Positions 25,459 to 38,997 of a DNA stretch of 64,000 nucleotides are shown here, one piece after another. The stretch spans positions 8,407,949 through 8,471,948 of the forward strand of contig NC_068989.1 in NCBI RefSeq assembly GCF_001194135.2, given 5' to 3'. Each line of letters starts with the position of its first letter. The first letter of the stretch is position 1. A program made the translations under genes and the position numbers. The notes beneath the pieces are model-generated. The model ran no database searches and had not been told where the DNA came from. It saw only the letters and a program-made list of their open reading frames with translations. The DNA comes from Octopus bimaculoides (lineage: Eukaryota).

Positions 25459-26306
25459 NNNNNNNNNNNNNNNNNNNNNNNNNNNNNNNNNNNNNNNNNN
25501 NNNNNNNNNNNNNNNNNNNNNNNNNNNNNNNNNNNNNNNNNNNNNNNNNNNNNNNNNNNNNNNNNNNNNNNNNNNNNNNNNNNNNNNNNNNNNNNNNNNN
25601 NNNNNNNNNNNNNNNNNNNNNNNNNNNNNNNNNNNNNNNNNNNNNNNNNNNNNNNNNNNNNNNNNNNNNNNNNNNNNNNNNNNNNNNNNNNNNNNNNNNN
25701 NNNNNNNNNNNNNNNNNNNNNNNNNNNNNNNNNNNNNNNNNNNNNNNNNNNNNNNNNNNNNNNNNNNNNNNNNNNNNNNNNNNNNNNNNNNNNNNNNNNN
25801 NNNNNNNNNNNNNNNNNNNNNNNNNNNNNNNNNNNNNNNNNNNNNNNNNNNNNNNNNNNNNNNNNNNNNNNNNNNNNNNNNNNNNNNNNNNNNNNNNNNN
25901 NNNNNNNNNNNNNNNNNNNNNNNNNNNNNNNNNNNNNNNNNNNNNNNNNNNNNNNNNNNNNNNNNNNNNNNNNNNNNNNNNNNNNNNNNNNNNNNNNNNN
26001 NNNNNNNNNNNNNNNNNNNNNNNNNNNNNNNNNNNNNNNNNNNNNNNNNNNNNNNNNNNNNNNNNNNNNNNNNNNNNNNNNNNNNNNNNNNNNNNNNNNN
26101 NNNNNNNNNNNNNNNNNNNNNNNNNNNNNNNNNNNNNNNNNNNNNNNNNNNNNNNNNNNNNNNNNNNNNNNNNNNNNNNNNNNNNNNNNNNNNNNNNNNN
26201 NNNNNNNNNNNNNNNNNNNNNNNNNNNNNNNNNNNNNNNNNNNNNNNNNNNNNNNNNNNNNNNNNNNNNNNNNNNNNNNNNNNNNNNNNNNNNNNNNNNN
26301 NNNNNN

Positions 26307-26339
<33 letters not shown>

Positions 26340-27170
26340 TATGTATATATGTATGTATGGAGTTCAAATTTTCAGAAAACATACGACGAAGACAGGTGTT
26401 GGAACAGCAAGCAGGTGTATTAGTTTAATGTGCGGGAAGAATGGAAGAGTCTTTTTCGTTTCAAGCCTACGCTCTTCGACTAAAACTATTAATAGGAATA
26501 AGAACATGAAAAGAAAAAACGGAGAGAGGAAAAAATGTGCAGAGTTCAATGGTGCAACATAACGAGATATATAAACACACACACACACGCACATATACAC
26601 TCACACTCACACACACATACACACACACACGCACTTGCATGCCAGTATAAACATACACTCGTTCATATATTATTGAAGACACAAATTCGTTCGGGTTTCC
26701 TTTTATATATTCAATTAAAGACATTCCGTGTTTCATTATTCGTCTATTAAATTAAGTTTGGAACAGCGTTTTAAAGTTCATTGACATGGTAGAATGTTCC
26801 GTCTTTTCAGCAAAATGACTTGATAATATATTTTATTGCTGCGTTTTGCACTAAGTAACAATAGCTCAAGGGAATAATATTGTAACAGATAAAATCTATA
26901 TCACGGAATTTAAACTGCATTTAACTCTAGCTGCTACGACATTCGAAGTTTATTTTACGCGAGTTGCACAAATACTGACAGTTTTATCTGTTGCAACAAT
27001 ATTCCAATGAAGACGTCGGATCTTACTGCAAAGATCCGAGACTGTAACTAGCCAAGAAAATCATTAAATCTTACAGAATTTACAAATTAGATCCTTCAAA
27101 TTAAACAATGAATACTAACTAATAAATAAAAACGACACACACACATATTTAAACGTATTATACATATGTC

Positions 27171-27213
<43 letters not shown>

Positions 27214-27470
27214 ATCTGTTAGTTCCCGTCTTATTGATTGCTCGTTAACTAATAGTTATTTTTCACATATAGAATCCAGGTCTCAGTGAAATGATTCACT
27301 CCTTATCAGTTTATATTTGGTTATAGAATTAAATAATGATAACTGTGTTTATCTGTTAGCATTTTTTGTAAATGTTTTACTTTCAGTTTGTTCGTATGGA
27401 TATATATTAATGTAGTTCTGCGTGTTCATGTGTGTGTGCTTGTGTGTGTTAGAGACAAAGGTATTGTGTT

Positions 27471-27512
<42 letters not shown>

Positions 27513-27527
27513 CTTAGNNNNNNNNNN

Positions 27528-27565
<38 letters not shown>

Positions 27566-27789
27566 CTTAGACGTATTATTCGGATGCAGGCAGATTGTCT
27601 GGGAAATGCTTCGGAAACTTAATCAAGGTCGGGTGCATTAAATTTTTAGTTGCTGGTTAGAGACCTAATGCAATCAATGCAAATTATCGATGTTTCATTC
27701 AAAGTAAGTCTCTTCTACTGAAACAGTGATGAACACGTACAAATGCAAAGAAAGCAGTCATTGAAACATTTTACACACACACATGTACG

Positions 27790-27845
<56 letters not shown>

Positions 27846-30068
27846 NNNNNNNNNNNNNNNNNNNNNNNNNNNNNNNNNNNNNNNNNNNNNNNNNNNNNNN
27901 NNNNNNNNNNNNNNNNNNNNNNNNNNNNNNNNNNNNNNNNNNNNNNNNNNNNNNNNNNNNNNNNNNNNNNNNNNNNNNNNNNNNNNNNNNNNNNNNNNNN
28001 NNNNNNNNNNNNNNNNNNNNNNNNNNNNNNNNNNNNNNNNNNNNNNNNNNNNNNNNNNNNNNNNNNNNNNNNNNNNNNNNNNNNNNNNNNNNNNNNNNNN
28101 NNNNNNNNNNNNNNNNNNNNNNNNNNNNNNNNNNNNNNNNNNNNNNNNNNNNNNNNNTATATATACATATATATATACGTACAAATAAATATATATGCAC
28201 GTATATATATATATATATATACACTGGTATGCATACGTACATATGTGTATATATATGTGTATATATATGTACGTGTATATGTATATATGTATATATATGT
28301 ATACATACATGTGTATGTATATATGTGTGTACACATTGAAGCTTCTATATGCAGTGACAGATACACCAAATCAGAAAATGACACTTTCAGCGAAATGGAA
28401 AGACATATACACGCAGAAAGGAATTTGCGTATATATTTATACATTCTAGTATACGCTTAAATACATTATCATATAAAATGCAAGTATACAGAGGGAGAGC
28501 GAGACACATAGAAACAAACACATATATATTGACACAAACAAATCACATGAACAAACACATAGACACAAAGTTCTATTGAATTAAAGTGAAACGGTCTATA
28601 TATTTTCTTTGAGAGAATAACTAACAGCTACATTGGGCAGCTTTGGCTGTTTCTGGACGGGCCGCGTCTAAGAGATAATCCCATTGCTAGGTTCATTGCC
28701 AAATATATTGTTGATATCAATACATGGCTAAATGATGTTGTTCGTTCGTCAAAAGTGGAGCCAACCTTCTGTGTTCGACTATTCATTCATTGATTCATTA
28801 CAGCTATTAGGGAATATCATGATGTTAAAATGTTTTTGATATCATCGAGCATTATAGAAGTACATTCATATGTGTGATCATACCCAACGACAAACGCACA
28901 AGTAAGAATGCATGCATATGTGTGTGGGATTACGATAGACAAGTGCGTTATCAAAGAGAACAGAGACATACGCATACATACCCGTTAGAATTCAATCGAT
29001 GTAAACTCCGTTTATTATGTTTTCTTTTGTTTTTGTTTGACCATAAGGCACGAACAAAGCAAAAGAGAAAGAAATGATAATCTGTTATATAAATACTCTG
29101 CACATGCAGATGCACGCAAACACACACGCGCACGCACATACNNNNNNNNNNNNNNNNNNNNNNNNNNNNNNNNNNNNNNNNNNNNNNNNNNNNNNNNNNN
29201 NNNNNNNNNNNNNNNNNNNNNNNNNNNNNNNNNNNNNNNNNNNNNNNNNNNNNNNNNNNNNNNNNNNNNNNNNNNNNNNNNNNNNNNNNNNNNNNNNNNN
29301 NNNNNNNNNNNNNNNNNNNNNNNNNNNNNNNNNNNNNNNNNNNNNNNNNNNNNNNNNNNNNNNNNNNNNNNNNNNNNNNNNNNNNNNNATAAATACTCTG
29401 CACATGCAGATGCACGCAAACACACACGCGCACGCACATACATATCTTAATTAAAATGCATTTCTTGGACACTTGTTTTATAAAATACATACGCACATAT
29501 AAACATATCTCTAAAAATAAGTATAACATTATGTGAACGCGTATAGATTGTTTGTGTGTGTGTATGTGTGTTTGTACGCGCACATATATAAGCGGACACA
29601 TACACGTATTTCAAATTCGTTTTTGCAGTTTTGAGTAATAGTCTTGTTGCAAAATCATGTTTAATCAGACGTTTCTGCATTATAGGAGGTTCGTTTTGCT
29701 AGTAAAACCACAGTCAATAGTTGTACTTTACTTTGTAAATTAGTAACATTGAATCGATGTCCTAATAACGCAAACATTTCTGTTGTTTCATGAATCATTT
29801 GTAGGTTGTTTTCTTGATGTTCATAAACTCGCCGATATCTAATTCTCATCTACTCAACCCAAATTCCAGACCGTGAAAGGAGGAGAACAGATGAGGATAC
29901 AGTATCCTTATTGTAGAAAATGGCGAGCGTACTTCTTTGATCAAAGACTTAGTCAAACAATAAATTAACTGTAAATTAATTAAAATTAACCTGTTTCCTC
30001 GTTCTAATAAAAATACACTCAATACAAATAACCCTTAGAATACTATAACACACACACACACACGCACG

Positions 30069-30100
<32 letters not shown>

Positions 30101-30399
30101 CATACATATANNNNNNNNNNNNNNNNNNNNNNNNNNNNNNNNNNNNNNNNNNNNNNNNNNNNNNNNNNNNNNNNNNNNNNNNNNNNNNNNNNNNNNNNNN
30201 NNNNNNNNNNNNNNNNNNNNNNATATATATATATATATATATATATACATTTGGTTCGTATATACTGATTGAAATCATTGACCGCCAAATGTTCTTGGGC
30301 CTTTTAGTATAAAACAAAAGCATTCACGTGTTGGTGTGATTGTCGCAGCCAAATCTTGACCAATAACGTTTCCTTTATAATTGATTCACTGTTAGTAGC

Positions 30400-30930
30400 C
30401 GCGTATTGATGTGTGTGTACCAGAGTTAATTTTCGCAATGATTATTTTTTTCTTTAATTAATCTTCAGTTTTTGTTGTGAATTCTATAAGTTACAGAGTG
30501 TTTTCATCTTGTAGTTTCCTATCTAATTTCGTTTTGTGGTATGCACTGTAATGTTACACAAAATATACATGTTGCAATTACATGGTGAATCTACTTGAGA
30601 ATACTGTACTGATCTGTCCAGTAAAACAACATGCGTGATGAGGTTTACAGTGTTCAGTTTACAGTCAAATTTATAGACCTCATTGGTAATCATGAGTTTC
30701 TTCTTGGGTTCAATATTTCTGGTGTGTTAATGATAAGGAAAGTTTGGGATTTTAGTGTTTTTAAGTTAATGGATGGGTGGCATTCAATTTGTGTTACGTT
30801 TTACGATGAGCTTTATTACATGTTCATCTGCTTGATATTTTGTGCACATTTGGTTCAGGTAACATATTTTATGTGTGGTTTGTGTATTTCGATTAGCTGT
30901 ATTTGCTGATGTATGATGTTAACGGTCAAA
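30400..30930 (-). mobile_element. Decayed Penelope-like element: linker plus GIY-YIG endonuclease region
   Basis: Frameshifted minus translation KICYLNQMCTKYQADEHVIKLIVKRN...KNTKIPNF...NEVYKFDCK...FTGQISTVFSSRFTM...HKTKLDRKLQDENT fits the VYK.C...YIG.T...L..R pattern of PLE GIY-YIG domains. Confidence 0.75.
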
Positions 30931-31140
30931 AATCCTACACACATTCAATATAAGAAACGGCAGAAGCGTAAAATTTATGCAATTTAATTCTTGATAAAGA
31001 AACTGTGAAGGTCTAGAAGCGTCGGATATAGAATTTCGGAAGTCTACAGTACCAAAAACATTTTAAGAAAACCTGAAAAATATTAGCTATAAAAGATGAA
31101 ACATGCATAAAAGAAAGGCTGTTGCTGACATATACAAATA

Positions 31141-31529
31141 TTGGGTCATCCCATAAATAATGCGGTTTTTAAAAGTCAGAGGTGAGGAAGGGGATGGTTG
31201 GTTAAACTATCTGCATCAACGTGCTATAAAAGCAGGTAGTAATTTTACCTTGTCTTTATTCTTAGTGCACGTTTTGAAGAGTGCAGTTCGATTTTAACAG
31301 TTATTTTTTCAAAGCTATAATGGAAGTGACAAAGGAGCATATTCGGCATATTTTGCTTTATGAGTTCAATAAAGGCAACAACGCAGCGAAAAGTGCGTGG
31401 AATATTAATGCAGTATATGGAGATCGAACAATAAGTGTAAGCCAGTGTCAATGGGGGTTCCAGAAATTCTGAGCCAGAATCTACTGCCTAGAAGACGAGC
31501 CTCGTCCTGAAAGATCTGTAGAGCTCGAC
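31141..31529 (+). mobile_element. 5' fragment of a mariner element (TIR plus transposase N-terminus, pseudogenised)
   Basis: TA|ttgggtcatcccataaataatgcggtttt TIR; ATG 31320 MEVTKEHIRHILLYEFNKGNNAAKSAWNINAVYGDRTISVSQCQWGFQKF*ARIYCLEDEPRPERSVELD, a typical mariner HTH region. Confidence 0.9.
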
Positions 31530-32107
31530 TTTTCTCCTTGAGACGAAAGTAATGTAAGGCGAGCGAGATAGATGAAGTTAGTTTTATTAGTTATTGTGGT
31601 CAACACAAAACTAATTTCACGATTAACGTAAAACCTAAAAAAATCAATTTCAAAAATATTAATTTAAAGCAGTTTTCCGATCTTCAGTTGTATATATAAT
31701 GTTTTAAGAAAAAATATACTGTGTAATATATTTACCTTCATCTATCCACATCAATTCGTAACCCAAGGTATTCAGTATATTGCAAAAGAGTCAGAGAAGG
31801 GAGAAGAATCATATTTCTTTATCCACATTCAAGCACGCTTTCTAAGATATATATATATATATATGTAGATAGATAGATAAAGTAAGAACAGGTATGTACT
31901 ACAACACTTAGAAGTGAACATATTTTTACGCAACAACACATTCTCCAACATCCCGTTTGTTCTATAAAGAATTTCCAACAAAATATAAACGATTAATGAA
32001 GGAGGTTATAATTATATATTTGTACAGCAGCATAACGTTTAGATAAATACATTATTATTTTCAATGTCAAGCAGACGTTCAAACTTTCGCCGAATTCCGC
32101 CCCACCC

Positions 32108-32204
<97 letters not shown>

Positions 32205-33912
32205 NNNNNNNNNNNNNNNNNNNNNNNNNNNNNNNNNNNNNNNNNNNNNNNNNNNNNNNNNNNNNNNNNNNNNNNNNNNNNNNNNNNNNNNNNNNNNNNN
32301 NNNNNNNNNNNNNNNNNNNNNNNNNNNNNNNNNNNNNNNNNNNNNNNNNNNNNNNNNNNNNNNNNNNNNNNNNNNNNNNNNNNNNNNNNNNNNNNNNNNN
32401 NNNNNNNNNNNNNNNNNNNNNNNNNNNNNNNNNNNNNNNNNNNNNNNNNNNNNNNNNNNNNNNNNNNNNNNNNNNNNNNNNNNNNNNNNNNNNNNNNNNN
32501 NNNNNNNNNNNNNNNNNNNNNNNNNNNNNNNNNNNNNNNNNNNNNNNNNNNNNNNNNNNNNNNNNNNNNNNNNNNNNNNNNNNNNNNNNNNNNNNNNNNN
32601 NNNNNNNNNNNNNNNNNNNNNNNNNNNNNNNNNNNNNNNNNNNNNNNNNNNNATATACGTATATATATACATATATATATATATAAATTTGCATATATAT
32701 ATATATATACATATATATAAACTCATAACATTTAATACATTTATATATATATCTATGTACACATATAAATGTGCGTACACATTTTCATTTCGTTACTCAG
32801 TTTTCATTGTTGTGATAGATGTATGTTTTGTGAGTGCTTTTATCTATATTTTCCAAAAAAAGGAACATTTTGCTGATAATAATGCTTCTTTATATTTCTT
32901 TCCATTATTATATTTTTTGTTATTGTCCAACGTACATAATTTTCTTATAAAATATTGCAGTATTTAAAGCATTTCTTTCCACTTTCAAATCAAAATCCAC
33001 TTCTGCTTCTGCGGAAATTAGAAATTTAAAATGATTGTGCCAAACTAAGAATATGAGATTTTATCTCATGTCCATAGTATATAATAAACGTATCTTACTA
33101 GATATACATCACCATTATGCGATATCCCACTAATTTCCTGCTTGTATTGTACAAAGGTCAGAAATGTAAATACGACCAATTTCGTGTCATAAAAAGCAAT
33201 AGCAAAATAATATCAGATTCTCTATATTAATACATGTCTAAAATTTTTTAGAATAGTCATCCATTGTACAACTCTTTCTCTCCGCCTACTTTTCCTAGAA
33301 ATGCCGTGTGTGTAGTCTTCAGGTAGCTTCAATGTTGATTCCTCTCAGTAACAACCGTCCTTACACTTGTCACCCTTATATATATATATATATATATATA
33401 TNNNNNNNNNNNNNNNNNNNNNNNNNNNNNNNNNNNNNNNNNNNNNNNNNNNNNNNNNNNNNNNNNNNNNNNNNNNNNNNNNNNNNNNNNNNNNNNNNNN
33501 NNNNNNNNNNNNNNNNNNNNNNNNNNNNNNNNNNNNNNNNNNNNNNNNNNNNNNNNNNNNNNNNNNNNNNNNNNNNNNNNNNNNNNNNNNNNNNNNNNNN
33601 NNNNNNNNNNNNNNNNNNNNNNNNNNNNNNNNNNNNNNNNNNNNNNNNNNNNNNNNNNNNNNNNNNNNNNNNNNNNNNNNNNNNNNNNNNNNNNNNNNNN
33701 NNNNNNNNNNNNNNNNNNNNATTTATATTGTATATTGTATATTATATTATATATTGTATATTCCATATTCTATACCCCACATTAGTTCTGCAGGAATATA
33801 AATAAAACATAAAAAACAGACAGTGTTGGAACTCTTTTAACCAAAATAATATATTCCTCTATACACAATCATACAAAAAAACCCCACCTTTTTTGTATTT
33901 ATTTTTACTCGC

Positions 33913-33956
<44 letters not shown>

Positions 33957-34738
33957 ACTGCAAGGAAACGGAATCCATGGCTAGCATCCACGTTACGCAT
34001 GCAGAAAAGTTAAAGGAAAATGTACGTTAATGGTGAAAATGTCTGGCTATTTGTTAGACATCTGTTACCTGTGGGATTTATGCCGCAATCCAAATACACA
34101 GATATGATTTGTAGTCATTTTAAACGGGAATTTTATTGGTTCTTAATATATATTCTTTCAAATTTGATATACGGTTTACAAAATTAAGATTATGTAAAAC
34201 TGTGGTATGTTGAAGTAAATTTGTTACTTTATATTCAATAAACCATCTGAATTGTATCATGATAGATTGAGTTGGTTAATAATCAGTAGTATGACAATCG
34301 CATCAGTTTTGGTAACCAACCAGCTTAGTGCTACGTACGCACCTATGACAGAAGCTAATTAATATTGGGGCCCCATCATACCAATTTTGGCAGCGACTCA
34401 ACGTGGAAACACAATCGTGACATTTCTGTCTACCAAACATACACCAGCAAGCAGTAAGCTTGGTTTTAGCTAAAGAATTGTCGCTGTGGTTCTTGAATTA
34501 AGACTATTAAATAAAAAGCAAAATCATATCTAAATGTTTTTCGGTAAAGTAAATATTATGTATCTAATAGAACGCACAAAGAATATGCAACAAGCGTTAT
34601 GAAAAAAGATTTCCATGTTTGGAAATCATCAATTGAAATGAAGCCAAATGAAGATTTCGTCCCTGAATGTATTACAACAATGATAAAGCATTTTTCAACG
34701 TTATAATTATGTGTGTGTGTGTGTGTGTGTGTGTGTAT

Positions 34739-35068
34739 AGGCGCCTGCCTAGCTGTGTGGTAGGAAGTTTGCTTCCCAGCCACTTGTTTTCGTGTTCAAT
34801 CCCACTGAGTGGCACATTTGGCAGGTGTCTTCTACTATAACGTTGGGTCAACAAAATTCTTGCGAGTGAATTTGGTAGACGGAAATTGAAAGATAGATGC
34901 CTACCGTATATATCTATATGTACACATCTGTTTGTCTTGTGACTGTGTTTGTTTCCCAATACCGCTTGTAAGGCGGTGGTGGTGTGTTTTCGTTCTCGTA
35001 ACTCTATGATTAGGCAAAAGATATACATGAAATAAGCCCTAAGTTTTATAAACGTATAAGTACTGGGT
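34739..35068 (+). mobile_element. SINE family A, near full length
   Basis: ggcgc...gctgtgtggtaggaagtttgcttccca head, gtgttcaatcccactg, ggcaggtgtcttctactata, gaatttggtagacggaaattgaaag, 3' aagtactggg. Confidence 0.8.
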
Positions 35069-35188
35069 TTCATTCGTTCCAGGAAACTTTTCCAAGCCGC
35101 TCCCTATCATGACAACAGCTTAATAACAGACACAAATGATAGATATAAGACGAAGGAAAATATATACTTTTTTCTATACATACATACA

Positions 35189-35222
<34 letters not shown>

Positions 35223-35910
35223 CATACATACATACATACATACATACATACAAACATACATATATACATACATACATACATACATACATACATACATACA
35301 NNNNNNNNNNNNNNNNNNNNNNNNNNNNNNNNNNNNNNNNNNNNNNNNNNNNNNNNNNNNNNNNNNNNNNNNNNNNNNNNNNNNNNNNNNNNNNNNNNNN
35401 NNNNNNNNNNNNNNNNNNNNNNNNNNNNNNNNNNNNNNNNNNNNNNNNNNNNNNNNNNNNNNNNNNNNNNNNNNNNNNNNNNNNNNNNNNNNNNNNNNNN
35501 NNNNNNNNNNNNNNNNNNNNNNNNNNNNNNNNNNNNNNNNNNNNNNNNNNNNNNNNNNNNNNNNNNNNNNNNNNNNNNNNNNNNNNNNNNNNNNNNNNNN
35601 NNNNNNNNNNNNNNNNNNNNNNNNNNNNNNNNNNNNNNNNNNNNNNNNNNNNNNNNNNNNNNNNNNNNNNNNNNNNNNNNNNNNNNNNNNNNNNNNNNNN
35701 NNNNNNNNNNNNNNNNNNNNNNNNNNNNNNNNNNNNNNNNNNNNNNNNNNNNNNNNNNNNNNNNNNNNNNNNNNNNNNNNNNNNNNNNNNNNNNNNNNNN
35801 NNNNNNNNNNNNNNNNNNNNNNNNNNNNNNNNNNNNNNNNNNNNNNNNNNNNNNNNNNNNNNNNNNNNNNNNNNNNNNNNNNATATTTTAATTGCTCATA
35901 TATATATGTG

Positions 35911-35946
<36 letters not shown>

Positions 35947-36584
35947 AACTAATTATTTGATCGAAGGGGAGACAGTAAACTGTAACGACTGTGACGATCA
36001 GTAGTAGAGAGGAAGAAGAGCGAAGCGGAATTGCTTGAAGCTGGCGTTGAAACCAGTCTTGGCTCAACCAATGCGCTCTTACCTCCTAAAACTTGCTGTG
36101 AGCAACCACGAAGACAAAACAGCATTCAAGAAATGGAATGTAGCATCCATTCGGAATAATTTTTATGGAGGTAGGCTCGTTATATGCATATTTCATGTAA
36201 CGAAAGCAGTAATAAGATCAATAGGAGAAAACATCAACAACAACTACGACAATAAAAATGACCGTAGCAACATTAGCAAAACACAAGTACGACTACAAGT
36301 GAAGCATCATTGGCGTCATAAGCAAAATATCAGCGAAAAAGAATCACAGCAACAAAAAAAAATAACAGCGGCGACATCAAAAGAAGCTGGAGAAGTAGTA
36401 ATGGTAACATAGACTGTAACAACAACAGCAACAACACGTACAACAATAACAGCAATGACAACGAAGACAACAACAACTTCTGGAATAAACTTTAACAATA
36501 GTAATTGCACTACTGCCAACGACAACAACAAGAACAACAACAACAACGAAATCAGTAATTGCAGAAGAGGAAAAATAATAACAG

Positions 36585-36655
<71 letters not shown>
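36585..36655. repeat. (AAT)n microsatellite within an AAC/AAT-rich low-complexity tract (36400-36800)
   Basis: Direct reading; explains the poly-N, poly-I and poly-L ORFs. Confidence 0.95.
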
Positions 36656-36657
<2 letters not shown>

Positions 36658-37095
36658 TAGAAACTGCAATAGTCACTGCAATCGCAACAATAGTTTCATC
36701 AACAACAACAGAAATTGTAAGAGCAACTATTTTATGTGGAGCGACGTAAATAGAAACAGGAAAAGCAACAAGAATATCGACAACAATCGATAATAAAAAA
36801 AAAAGAAACATTAAATAATGACAAAAGAAAAAAAGAAAAGTATTAATAAATCAAAGCAAGACACAAACAATAAAAAAAACAACAACAGACACAACAAGGG
36901 ATACATGACAGAAACATACATACTCACAAACATACATACATACACATATATATATAAAATCCTACATACACGCATACACACACAAGTATATACATATATA
37001 AAATCCTGCACACAGGCATACATACATACATGTACATATATATGTATGCACATACACACACATACATATATATATACATACATATATATGCATAT

Positions 37096-37169
<74 letters not shown>

Positions 37170-37539
37170 GCAAGTGATGAACATTTAAACAGCGGCACCA
37201 GGAGAAGCAGCGGTAAATCCGCGACCACCACCATCATTACCAACAATAAAACCGACAATAACAGTAACAGCAGCAACAACAACAACGGCAAACAGAAAAC
37301 AACATCCACAAAAGCGATACTTAGAGAAACAACTCTATGAAGACAACAACGACATCAAAAACATCTTCAAGAGGAAACCGGTCTATGATGACTTGTTCTG
37401 CTAGAAATAGCAGCCAAAGTTCACTTCCGTCTCCCTATGCAGTTTTAGAGAAAAGGAAAACGATGTATCCCGAAAAGATAGGAAAATATATATTAGATGC
37501 AGACGCAGTAAGATGTACGCTTCCAATCACATGGTTGTG

Positions 37540-38365
37540 GTTCAGTTCCACATTGTGGCACCTTGGGCAAATGTTTCATTTGCAAGTGGACTTGGTAAGC
37601 CGAAACTAAAAAGGGCTACCATGTATATATATATATATATTTATATATATAAGATAGTTATTTAAAATACCGATCTTATCAGGTGGCTGGCATGAGAATA
37701 AAAAAGACCTCAAAGGTAATAATTATTATTAAAATTATAATTAAAGGTATCTAAGAGATACCACCACGCTAGAAATAGCAGCCAAAACCTGACTCTAAAA
37801 CCACATTAAATGTTCATACAACACCAAGAGAGAACATTTAATGTGGTTTTAGAGTCAAGTTTTGGCTGCAATTACTAGCGTGGTGGTATCTCTTAGATAC
37901 CCTTAATTATAATTTTATATATATATACACGCGTACATGTATAGTAACTGCTTTCTCAGATACGAGCAAAACCATTAATCGTATAGGAGAGTCATTGATG
38001 ATGTAATGTGAGGCACTTGTATATCACTGGAGCCCGGACAAATTTTGAACATTCTATTGCATAATGCACAGCTGTACTGGCAGATAGAGGGAACATGTGC
38101 TACAACATGTGCATATATATATGTGTGTGTGTGTGTATATGTATGTATATGATTACATCTATGAATGTGTGTCCTTGTGGTCCTCCCCACCATTGCTTGA
38201 TGACCAGTGTTGCTTTGTTTACATACTCGTAACTTAACGTTTTCACAAACAAGACCTACGGAATAAGTACAGGGCTTAAAAAGTACAAGTACTGCGGCTG
38301 GTTTGCTCGATTAAACCCTACAAGGCGGTACCCCAGATTGGCTGCAATCCAATGATTGAACTAAG
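37540..38365 (+). mobile_element. SINE family A split by insertions (5' part 37540-37625, 3' part 38165-38365)
   Basis: ggttcagttccacattgtggcaccttgggcaaatgt...gtggacttggtaagccgaaactaaaag, then later ccccaccattgcttgatgaccagtgttg...gaataagtacagggctt...aaggcggtaccccag, matching 53500-53937. Confidence 0.55.
37730..37917. repeat. Near-perfect inverted repeat: 86-bp arms, 16-nt loop
   Basis: Arm 37730-37815 is the reverse complement of 37832-37917 with 4 mismatches; loop atacaacaccaagaga. Confidence 0.95.
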
Positions 38366-38918
38366 ATTAAAGAGAAGAGATAGAATTATGTACAAGATGG
38401 TTATATATTTTCAGGAGCCGATTTTCAAATGTGAGTTTGGTTTAAACAACAACTCAAGCAGAGACAGCTGAAAAGTATAAAAGTATGCCAGTAACAGTAA
38501 CGAAAATAATAATATGAGTAAAACACACAAGAGATACAATTTGAGTGTGTGCCAACTATGTTTTGCCTTTCCTCTCAAGAAATGAGAATACATAATAACC
38601 AAATAGTATTGTATGTTTCATAGAGATTATTCAATATTAAACTGCGCCTCACATGTTAAAACACACACAAAAATAAAACACAGTTTGCCAGAATTTGAAA
38701 CCTTGGCATCGATATATGAATAAATGAATATATTATTATATTCTACAACAAACTGGCATAAAAAAATTCTTAAGAGACAACCATCATAATTCTCTTGAGA
38801 CTAAGCCTTTGTGCATTGTGATTTTGTGCGTGATTGTCCACTGGCGTGTTTGGAACTGCACATATAATCACGCACATATAAATGTAGCTTAATGCATGTT
38901 AATATATGCGTGTATGTC

Positions 38919-38997
<79 letters not shown>

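Noticed and set aside
29089-29441. Exact 53-bp direct repeat (29089-29141 / 29389-29441)
   Set aside because: The copies flank an N gap at exactly 300 bp offset, typical of a contig-overlap scaffolding artefact; the same applies to the duplicated tttacttag around the 27518-27527 gap.
30631-30909. 92-aa plus-strand ORF
   Set aside because: Antisense to the PLE endonuclease relic.
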